Position numbers and translations under genes: made by a program. Shown here one piece after another: positions 1-9,100 of a stretch of 55,548 bases of DNA (position 1 is its first letter; each line of letters opens with the position of its first letter). Origin of the DNA: a virus (Duplodnaviria > Caudoviricetes); IMG/VR virus record IMGVR_UViG_3300021963_000157, positions 1 through 55,548 of that record. One strand, given 5' to 3'. The notes under the pieces are model-generated. The model saw nothing but the letters and a program-made list of their open reading frames with translations, searched no databases and was not told where the DNA came from.

Positions 1-3000
1 ACAGGAATTCGTTCTGTGCGTATCGTGCCCACTACCGCTACAGAATACAATGACGGTTTTTTATTAAACGGTGAAACTACTGTTGAAGACCTAACAGTTG
101 CTGATTTTTACAGTGGCGGCAATTATTTTACAGTTACATCAGCAGCTCCTGGTACAACTACAGTTGATGTAGGAACATCTCCGTTTGCTCACACGTATGT
201 CAGCGGCGGAACTATCGAATTTATTGATAGCAGCAGCGGTAATATCACTGGAGCAACCTATACTCATACCACAGGTAGTTTAGTTTTAACTCACACCGGC
301 GGCACAGCTAGTCTTGGTGACCGAGTATTTCTTTCTAATCTTACATTTAGCTGTAATGGTGGAAACAGAGTATTTCCAGATAATGGTTACGCTTTCCGTT
401 TTATTACAGATTTTGAAGTCACTACAAGAAGTCCATACGTTAGAAATATCACAGTATTAACCAAAGGCACAGCCACAGGTGTCGGTGATCCACTAGGGTT
501 CAGTTCAGGCGACGCAGGTAAAGGTGCTTATGTTGACGGTGCTTATGCTACCGCCGCATCTCAAGAAGCAAGTATGCTGTTCCATTCTTGTACTTTTATC
601 ACCCCAGGCGTAGATGCTCTATCGGCAACTAACGGTGCTAGAGTCGAGTGGTTAAATTCATTTACATATTATGCCAACAAAGGCATATATCTATTCAGCA
701 GCAATGACGGGTTCGCCGGTGATGGAAAAACTAGAATAAAAATTTCTAATACCACAGGTATTTGGAACGTCAGTGATACCATAACATATTATGACACAGA
801 TGGAACTACAGTGTTAGCTAGCGGAGTTGTTGAAAGTATTGACGGTGATTTTTACGTAATTGATGGCAAGAGTTTAGGTTGGACGACATTAGAAGATCGG
901 TCTACAAAAACTGTATCAGTTGCTGGCGGTGCTAAATTATCAACCGCAATTAAGAAATTTGGTACAGCAAGTTTAGTGTTAGACGGCACGGGCGACTATA
1001 TCTACATAGCCAGTCAGCCAGATTTTAGTTTTGGAACCGGAGATTTTGAATTCGACGGCTGGTTTTATCGAACAAATACAGCGTTGTCAACTTTGTTAGA
1101 TTTTAGACCACAAACAGGTAGCACACCCTACCATCAACTTAATTTAAGTTCTACGGGAGTGTTACGTTACGCAGTTAACGGAGCAACTGTAATCACCGGC
1201 AGCACCTTAACACTAAACACGTGGGTACATGTTGCTATTAGTCGAGCAAGCGGTAGCACTAGGATGTGGATAAACGGTACACAATCCGGTGTAACATATG
1301 CCGATACTAATAATTATTCGGCACCTTATTCTTTGACAATCGGAGCAACTAATCTTGGTGTAACTGCTTACGCTGGTTACATAGATGAAATTAGGATTAG
1401 CAAAGGTGTAGCAAGATACACATCTAATTTTGTAGCACCGACTGCTGCGTTTACTAGTGATTCAAATACAATATTGTTGCTACATTTTAACGGGACAAAT
1501 AATTCTACGGTGATTGTAGACGACGGTGTTACTACCCAGGACCTAAGATCTAGTTCGGGCGGCACAGCGTCGATCGTTGACCTAGCTGACTATTCAGACT
1601 TTGGTGCTGAATTAAGAAGCATTGGTTCTGCCTGTGTCTACGGTAATTATGGTGCCTACGGTGACGGCGACGGAGTCATCGCTTATCTCATAGGACAAAA
1701 CTTAGCCTACATCGGTAACGGAGGTGATTCTAATAATGATCCTACCACAGTTATACAAGCCAATGAAGTAGTCGAAACTAATCGTGCTAAAATTTATTAT
1801 ACATCGGTCGATCACAAAGGCGATTTCCGTGTAGGTGATCAGTTTTATATCAATCAAGATACTGGCGAAGTTATTTTTAGTAACTCTAACGTAGCAGTAA
1901 CGGGCAGTTTGCTATTCAATGACGGCGTAAATCAAACATATATTGACGCTACTAAGATCGAAACTGGTGATTTCCGCATTTCTAATAACACCGTAGAAAC
2001 TTTAAGTCAGGTAATGAATATTGATTCGTTTACCGGCGAAGTAAATTTCTTAAACAATGTTAATATCGCAGGCGATCTTGACGTAACAGGTAATGTTACC
2101 ATCGGCGGTAACATCACGATAGGCGATCAGACCACAGATTCTGTCAACATCGAAGCCAGGATTGACAGCGATATTATTCCTAAACTAAACGACACATACG
2201 ATCTAGGAACAACTGTTGATCGTTGGAGACAGATTTTTGTTAACAGACTAACTGCTGATAACATTGAAATTGTAGATAATAAGATTTCGACCTTAGATTC
2301 AAACAGTGATTTAGAATTATCCGCAGCAGGTACCGGCAAAGTCCTTATACCTAACAACGATTTACAAGTTAATGACACATTTACAGTACTCGGTACTACA
2401 AATCTTCAAACAACTAATATTGTAGGTGCTTTAAATCTAACTGGTAATAGTACTATCACAGGCGATGTAACACAGAATGGTGATCTAAGTGTTAGTGGGT
2501 CATTCTTCGCAGCCTCTCTGGATCTCGAAAATATTGAAATTGTACAGAATAATATCCGCACAAAAAACAGCAATCAAGATCTCCAACTCGAAGCAGCAGG
2601 AACAGGAAAAATTTATGTTCCATCGAACGATGTACAGATCGATCAAGATCTAACGGTTGACGGTCAAATTACTGGTGTGAATATAAACAACACTGGCACA
2701 GTTACTTCAACTACAATTAGAAACGAAAATATTGTAATCAGCAGCAACACGATTACAACAACATTATCAAATTCAGATTTAGAACTTAGATCAAACGGCA
2801 CAGGAAAGATATATGTATCAGCCAGTGATGTACAAATTGATGAAGATCTAGAAGTTATAGGAAATACCAATCTAGCTGTTACAAATATCGCAGGTACATT
2901 AACTGTAAATGGTAACATCGTTCAAGTTGGAAATTACACACAAACTGGAGATTTATCTGTAACAGGAAACCTTTCAGTAGGAAATGCGGCCCAGTTTGAA

Positions 3001-5466
3001 AATGTTTTAATAGATGACAATTTTATAACAACAACTATATCAAACAGTGATCTAGAACTTAGAGCAGCAGGAACAGGTAAAGTAATTGTAGACGGCACTG
3101 ACCTTGAAGTAACTGGAGATCTAGTCGTAGTTGGAGATATTTCCTCTAATACATTAAATGTTACCACAGATATAACTGCCGATAGATACACCAACGGCAA
3201 TATTTTAATAGAAAATAATGTAATATCAACTACCGATTCAAATAGCGATCTAGAACTAAGAGCTAACGGTACTGGTATTGTGTCTGTAACCAGCGACCTC
3301 TATGTAAATCAAGACTTAACAGTGTCGGGAGTTACTACGCTATTAGGTACTACAGATATTACAGGTGTTATAAATCACACAGGCGATTTAAATCAAACAG
3401 GTACAACTACACATACTGGGGATTACACATTAACAGGCGATCTCACAGTCACTAGCTACGCTCAATTTGAAGATATTCGAATTGATAGTAACCAGCTATA
3501 CACAACAGATTCTAACAGCAATTTAGAATTATTTGCTAGCGGATCGGGAATAATTTCTGTTCCTTCAAACAACGTTGTTGTCGGCCAAGATCTAACAGTT
3601 AATGGTACATTGACTGTTGAAAACTTATCTCTAACAATATTACAGACAGAAATAGTACAAACCAGTGATGTTCGCATACAGAACAATTTTATAACTACAA
3701 CCCTGTCAAACTCAGATTTAGAATTACGTGCTAATGGCACAGGCAGTGTAATTGTTCCTGATGCTGATGTATTAATACAAAATGATATAACAGTTTCTGG
3801 AATTACAGATTTACAAAACACAGGTATAACAGGCACGCTAACACAAATAGGTAATACCAACCATACTGGAAACACTACACAAACCGGCGACTATACACTC
3901 AACGGCAATTTAGATGTCAGCGGCCTAGCAGAAATAGCCGATATACGTATTAACGGCAATCAGATTTCATCTGCTAACGGATTTAATCTAGTATTAGACG
4001 CTCCAGGCTCGGGTATAATCTACGTTCCAGAAAATGATGTATTAATAGAGAACGATTTATTTGTTAACGGTACGTTATATGCTAATAATGTTGTCGGTAC
4101 ATTTGGATCTTTACAGTCTAATGAAATAGACACAGGTGACATAGTAGTACGCGGTAACAGAATTACAACTACACTTTCTAACTCAGATCTAGAATTACGT
4201 GCTAACGGTACAGGCAGTGTAGTTATAGATAACACTGATCTAATCGTTAACGGTGGGTTAGTGGTTACAACGGACGTACAATTAAACAATACGCAAATTA
4301 CCGGCACATTAACCCACAGCGGTATAGCTAATCATACTGGTACAGTAAATCAAACCGGAGCTTACAATTTAACCGGAAACATGAATATTACTGGAACAGC
4401 TCAGTTCAGTAATATACGTGTAGAAGGAAATGTAATTAGAACTACTACGCCCGGTAGTGATCTTACCTTCCAAGCCACCGGCGGCGGCATTATCACTGTG
4501 CCATTTAACAATGTTGAGATCGCACAGAATCTAACAGTATCGGGCGATATCACAACCACTGATATTGTAGCATCAGGATCAGTGACAGCACCGATAATTA
4601 ATCTAGGTTCGATAACGATCAGCGGTAATTTGATTACCACAAACACATCTAACACCAATTTAGAACTAAGAGCCAACGGCACTGGCGGTATAGAATTAGA
4701 ATCGATTATAGTAAATCAAAATCAGATATCTACCCTAACCGATACTAATTTAATAATCGCACCAAACGGTACCGGTATAGTAGATTTCCAAGGCACACAG
4801 GCCGTAAGATTACCCAGAGGAACTGAGGCACAACGACCTACAGGACAAGCGGGTTATATTAGATACAATACCGACGACAATTATTACGAAGGTTTTGATG
4901 GTACAAATTGGCGTAGATTAGATGGAGTATATGATTTAGATGAAAATACCTATATAACAGCAGAAACTACTCCAGGTGCTAACGATAATGTAATCAGTTT
5001 TTATATTAACGGACTTAATCGTGCTACCCTAAATGCTACTCAATTTTCTACAAGTAACGTAGATATAGGTAATATAAATATCACAGGTAATACGATTTCT
5101 ACTACCAGCACAGGCGGGAACTTAATATTAGCTCCTAACGGTACTGGTAGTACAGTCATTGGTGTTTTTGCTATTAGAAACAACACTATTACAAACACAC
5201 AGAATGATGCTATAACTTCTTTTAATCAAACAGGTACCGGATATTTTAAAATTAACGGTACTAACGGTTTTGTCCTTCCTAGGGGGTCGGATGTAGAAAG
5301 GGGAGTATTATTTGAAACTGGTATGATGCGTTATAATACCACAGACCAGCGTGTAGAAGTATATGACGGAGTAACATGGGTTTCGGCAGCAGGCAGTAGC
5401 GGTACAGGAATAACTTATTCAGAAGCAGAAGGTTTAGCTATTACTACAGCATTAATTTTTGGATGA
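1..5466 (+). CDS. Very large virion fibre/baseplate-type protein, 5'-truncated: beta-helix-like N-terminal region with an inserted LamG/concanavalin-A-like domain, then a long repeated shaft
   Basis: The frame is open from base 1 (TGIRSVRIVP, matching GEELRSTIIEP/GDELRSTNIRP in the two paralogues), so GTG at 16 is not the true start. LamG-type motifs FGTGDFEFDGWF, NTWVHVAISR and GYIDEIRISKGVARY lie at ~900-1520. There are 13 copies of an SNSDLELRANGTG-like motif. Confidence 0.75.
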   Translation, partial: TGIRSVRIVPTTATEYNDGFLLNGETTVEDLTVADFYSGGNYFTVTSAAPGTTTVDVGTSPFAHTYVSGGTIEFIDSSSGNITGATYTHTTGSLVLTHTGGTASLGDRVFLSNLTFSCNGGNRVFPDNGYAFRFITDFEVTTRSPYVRNITVLTKGTATGVGDPLGFSSGDAGKGAYVDGAYATAASQEASMLFHSCTFITPGVDALSATNGARVEWLNSFTYYANKGIYLFSSNDGFAGDGKTRIKISNTTGIWNVSDTITYYDTDGTTVLASGVVESIDGDFYVIDGKSLGWTTLEDRSTKTVSVAGGAKLSTAIKKFGTASLVLDGTGDYIYIASQPDFSFGTGDFEFDGWFYRTNTALSTLLDFRPQTGSTPYHQLNLSSTGVLRYAVNGATVITGSTLTLNTWVHVAISRASGSTRMWINGTQSGVTYADTNNYSAPYSLTIGATNLGVTAYAGYIDEIRISKGVARYTSNFVAPTAAFTSDSNTILLLHFNGTNNSTVIVDDGVTTQDLRSSSGGTASIVDLADYSDFGAELRSIGSACVYGNYGAYGDGDGVIAYLIGQNLAYIGNGGDSNNDPTTVIQANEVVETNRAKIYYTSVDHKGDFRVGDQFYINQDTGEVIFSNSNVAVTGSLLFNDGVNQTYIDATKIETGDFRISNNTVETLSQVMNIDSFTGEVNFLNNVNIAGDLDVTGNVTIGGNITIGDQTTDSVNIEARIDSDIIPKLNDTYDLGTTVDRWRQIFVNRLTADNIEIVDNKISTLDSNSDLELSAAGTGKVLIPNNDLQVNDTFTVLGTTNLQTTNIVGALNLTGNSTITGDVTQNGDLSVSGSFFAASLDLENIEIVQNNIRTKNSNQDLQLEAAGTGKIYVPSNDVQIDQDLTVDGQITGVNINNTGTVTSTTIRNENIVISSNTITTTLSNSDLELRSNGTGKIYVSASDVQIDEDLEVIGNTNLAVTNIAGTLTVNGNIVQVGNYTQTGDLSVTGNLSVGNAAQFENVLIDDNFITTTISNSDLELRAAGTGKVIVDGTDLEVTGDLVVVGDISSNTLNVTTDITADRYTNGNILIENNVISTTDSNSDLELRANGTGIVSVTSDLYVNQDLTVSGVTTLLGTTDITGVINHTGDLNQTGTTTHTGDYTLTGDLTVTSYAQFEDIRIDSNQLYTTDSNSNLELFASGSGIISVPSNNVVVGQDLTVNGTLTVENLSLTILQTEIVQTSDVRIQNNFITTTLSNSDLELRANGTGSVIVPDADVLIQNDITVSGITDLQNTGITGTLTQIGNTNHTGNTTQTGDYTLNGNLDVSGLAEIADIRINGNQISSANGFNLVLDAPGSGIIYVPENDVLIENDLFVNGTLYANNVVGTFGSLQSNEIDTGDIVVRGNRITTTLSNSDLELRANGTGSVVIDNTDLIVNGGLVVTTDVQLNNTQITGTLTHSGIANHTGTVNQTGAYNLTGNMNITGTAQFSNIRVEGNVIRTTTPGSDLTFQATGGGIITVPFNNVEIAQNLTVSGDITTTDIVASGSVTAPIINLGSITISGNLITTNTSNTNLELRANGTGGIELESIIVNQNQISTLTDTNLIIAPNGTGIVDFQGTQAVRLPRGTEAQRPTGQAGYIRYNTDDNYYEGFDGTNWRRLDGVYDLDENTYITAETTPGANDNVISFYINGLNRATLNATQFSTSNVDIGNINITGNTISTTSTGGNLILAPNGTGSTVIGVFAIRNNTITNTQNDAITSFNQTGTGYFKINGTNGFVLPRGSDVERGVLFETGMMRYNTTDQRVEVYDGVTWVSAAGSSGTGITYSEAEGLAITTALIFG
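2250..4790 (+). repeat. Intragenic protein repeat array (NIxIxxNxIxTTxSNSDLELRANGTG) with alternating long and short units
   Basis: Successive DLEL-type motifs are spaced about 270 and 200 nt apart alternately, giving five ~470-nt dimer units. Confidence 0.8.
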
Positions 5467-5474
5467 TCAATTAG

Positions 5475-5804
5475 ATGGCAACGTTTTTTAGAAACAAAGT
5501 GATTAAAGATTTAGGTACCGTATCTACGCATATGGTAGAAACTACTGCGGCTAGTCGAGTTACAGTAATTGGTCTAAGTATGACTAACTTGACCAGTGCA
5601 GTTATTAAAGTCAGTATCACTCTAACTGACAATACATCGACTACAGGATATTTTATCAAAGACGTTACTATACCAGCTAATCAAAGCCTACGAGTGATCA
5701 ATGGCGGTGAAAAGTTAGTAATGGCTGAAAATAATCTTTTAGCAGCTTCTGCAGACAGAGAAAATGCCGCAGATGTAATTGTAAGCTACGTTGAGATCGT
5801 ATAA
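5475..5804 (+). CDS. Small beta-rich virion adaptor-like protein (109 aa), paralogue of 17954..18274
   Basis: Same layout as 17954..18274: N-terminal MAT, a central (S/C)N, GEKLVM/TGIVM, and a C-terminal S(Y/F)xE strand. It directly follows the fibre gene. Confidence 0.6.
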   Translation: MATFFRNKVIKDLGTVSTHMVETTAASRVTVIGLSMTNLTSAVIKVSITLTDNTSTTGYFIKDVTIPANQSLRVINGGEKLVMAENNLLAASADRENAADVIVSYVEIV

Positions 5805-5814
5805 GGAAATAAAG

Positions 5815-6174
5815 ATGACATATTATATAGGTGATTTTAACGTAGAAGGAATTTTAGGTGTAGGTGTTCCTAGATTTTTTTACGGTCTAAGAAGAACCGC
5901 CGATGGAGAATTATATCTAGGAAGACTAGACCAATTAGATGCTGATGACGTTATTGAAATTAATCAACCCGGTATACCAGAAGACAACTATAATGACTTT
6001 GAAGTAGGCACAGATTTCTTTGAAGGCATTGATGTAAATCACGACATCGTATATAGAAACCTTACCTATCAACAATATCGATGGGACAACAGAAATTTGT
6101 TTTATTATATCGACGATGACGGACAACTAGTAGTAAGGATCAGTGAAGAATACCAGTATCCTACAGGAATTTAA
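5815..6174 (+). CDS. Hypothetical phage structural-region protein (119 aa, acidic)
   Basis: ATG at 5815 is preceded by AAGGA and is preferred over the TTG start at 5791. Contains YQQYRWD and YYIDDDGQLVVRI. Confidence 0.6.
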   Translation: MTYYIGDFNVEGILGVGVPRFFYGLRRTADGELYLGRLDQLDADDVIEINQPGIPEDNYNDFEVGTDFFEGIDVNHDIVYRNLTYQQYRWDNRNLFYYIDDDGQLVVRISEEYQYPTGI

Positions 6175-6184
6175 GAGATAAATT

Positions 6185-9100
6185 ATGGCAGAATATAAGA
6201 TCAGTAGATTAAAGTTTACCTGGAAAGGTGACTGGCAACCAAGTTTAAATTACATCGTTGATGATGTTGTTAGATTTGGTAGTAAGAGTTACGTTTGTAT
6301 AAAAAGACATATATCATCTACTCAAAGTTTTTATGCTGATTTAAATTTTATAAATCAAGAAACTATTCCTGCCTCCGACGAACCGCGTTGGGAATTGATG
6401 TTTGACGGATACGAATGGCGTGGAGATTGGACTCCATTTACAACCTATAACGTAGGCGATATTGTCAAATATAAAAGTATTTCTTATGTATGTATTAGCT
6501 CGCACACATCAAACACAGAAACTATCGGCCTAGAAGGCGATCAAAGCCACTGGGTATCTTATGCTAGATCCGATGATTGGAAAGGAGATTGGCAACCATC
6601 AACGATTTATTCAGTTAGAGACGTTGTAAAATATAACGGCATTGTCTATAGATGTACATCTAGAAATATTTCCAGCGATGTAACTACAGGACTCGAAGGC
6701 AATTTTGCTAATTGGGAAATAGTTAATCCAGCACAACAGTGGAGACAGGCGTGGACTACCAATAGACGCTATAGAAAAAATGACATCGTCAAATACGGCG
6801 GCATAGTTTATAGATGTATCGATGGACACACATCTGCGTTAACAGCATCAGACGGACTAGAATCTAACCAAGCAGACTGGGAAATTGTTTATAAAAACAT
6901 AGAATACAAAGGCAATTGGGTACCTGCTGTATTGGCCCCAGTGACTCCCGGTGTTAGATATAAGCTCAATGACGTAGTCAAGTTTGGCGGCAGTGTATGG
7001 ATCTGTGTGGACTATCATACCAGTACCGACGATTTTGATCCGACCAAGTGGCAGGTATATATTCCCGGTTTTGAATTTGAAAATGACTGGAACTCTAACA
7101 CAGTATATCAACGCGGCGATGTTGTTAGATATGGCGGATATTCGTACGAAGCTCTTAATAATAACACTGGTCAAAATCCCGCTACTTCAGCAGCACAAAA
7201 TGACGACAGCTCTATAGCATTCTGGAAACTGTTAAACATTGGCTTTAGAGTAGCAGGCGAATGGGCTAGTAATACAGCTTATTTTGTAGGTGAAGTAGTT
7301 AGACGCAACGGACAGTTCTATGCTGCCATTAATGACAACATAACAGATCCTAACGTTGACGCAACTGCTTGGGAATTAGTAATTCCTGGAGAAAAATATA
7401 GAAAAGAATGGGAGATTGATGAAACGTATGCTATAGGTGATATTGTTGTATTTGAAGATAACACTTACAGATGTTTGGTAAAACATTTAGCCTCAAATAT
7501 CAATCAGCGTCCTGACAACGATTATGATAACAATCTATGGACTTTATTGATCAGAGGCGAGCCTACTAACAGTTTAAGATATCAAGGCGATATCAAAGTA
7601 TATGACGAAACCGAAGACGGCAGCACCATAGGACAATCGAGATTACCTATAGGCATCGCTGGGCAAACTCTAAGGGTAGTTGACAATTCTCCTTCTTGGG
7701 AAACATTTGGCCAGATACAAAAAGTTTATTATGTTAGCAGAGAAGGTGTCGACCTTCCAGACAATGGTACTAGCTTAAACAGTGCTTTTAGAACTGTAAG
7801 ATATGCCTGTAATTTTGCTGTAGGCCCAGCTACAATTTTTGTCAAAGCGGGAGTCTATTCGGAAATTTTACCAATTAAAGTTCCTAGAGATGTTGCTATC
7901 GTCGGAGAAGAACTTAGAAGCACAATTATAGAACCGCTATACGATCCTAATAATATTTCATACGATGTAGATGGTGATCCATATCTTGATCCTTTAGACT
8001 ATAGACTATCGGACATGTTCTACGTAAACAACGGATCAGGCATTAGAAATATAACTTTACGAGGTCTTAACGGGACTCTCAGTAGTATCAATCAGTACGG
8101 TACTAGAAGACCAACAGCTGGGGCCTATGTTAGTTTAGATCCAGGTTCAGGAACAGCCGACAGCTCTGTATGGATTACTACAAAATCCTGCTATGTTCAG
8201 AACGTAACTACATTCGGTAACGGTTGTGTAGGTCTTAAAGTTGACGGAGCATTACACGGTGGCGGCAACAAATCCATTGTTGCCAACGATTTTACGCAGA
8301 TTTTATCAGATGGTATCGGAGCATGGGTTACTAATAATGGGTTATCTGAATTAGTTTCTGTGTTCTCATACTACGGACACATGGGATACCTAGCGGAAAA
8401 CGGAGGCAAAATACGTGCCACCAACGGTAATAGCTCATACGGAACATACGGCTGCGTAGCAGAAGGTGTAGACGAGACAGAAACCCCAGCAGAAGGGTCT
8501 ATTAATAACCGTACAGGCGAAGCAATGGTAGTCTCGGCATTCTCCGGAGAAGCCAACGACGAAATTCTAAATCTAGAGTTCAGTAATGCGGGTGAAAATT
8601 ACACTTCGGCAACCATGAGTTTCTTAGGATCAGGTGCTGGTGCGTCTGTAATCGTAGACGAATTTAGAGACGGTGGAATATTTGAGTGGAGATTACTAGA
8701 TCCTGAAGAAGGGGGATTTTTAGGTGGCGGTGGATTCCAGTCTACTGGTAACAATGCTCAAGGCGGTGATACTACCGGTATTACTATTGCCTCAAACGAC
8801 GAAAGATTTGCGTCTGATTATATTGGTGCTAGGATAATTATTACCAGCGGAACAGGCACAGGACAATACGGAACAATTGGTTCTTATGATATAGTTACAA
8901 AAAGAATAGATGTATACAATGAATATAATGGAGAATTGGGTTGGACACACGTAATTGCTGGTTATCCGTTGCCGGCACTGCTAGACACTACTTCAGTTTA
9001 CAGGATTGAGCCACGTGTCATCACAGCACCACCAGCATACTCTGCTGATTCTTCTCCTTATGATATTAGATATTTCTTAGACGCAATTTATATCAAAGAA

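Noticed and set aside
1377-4682. Series of minus-strand ORFs (62-137 aa) with repeated LPVP motifs
   Set aside because: They are antisense shadows of the repetitive plus-strand fibre gene, with no RBS or promoter, and their repeats simply mirror GTGxV.
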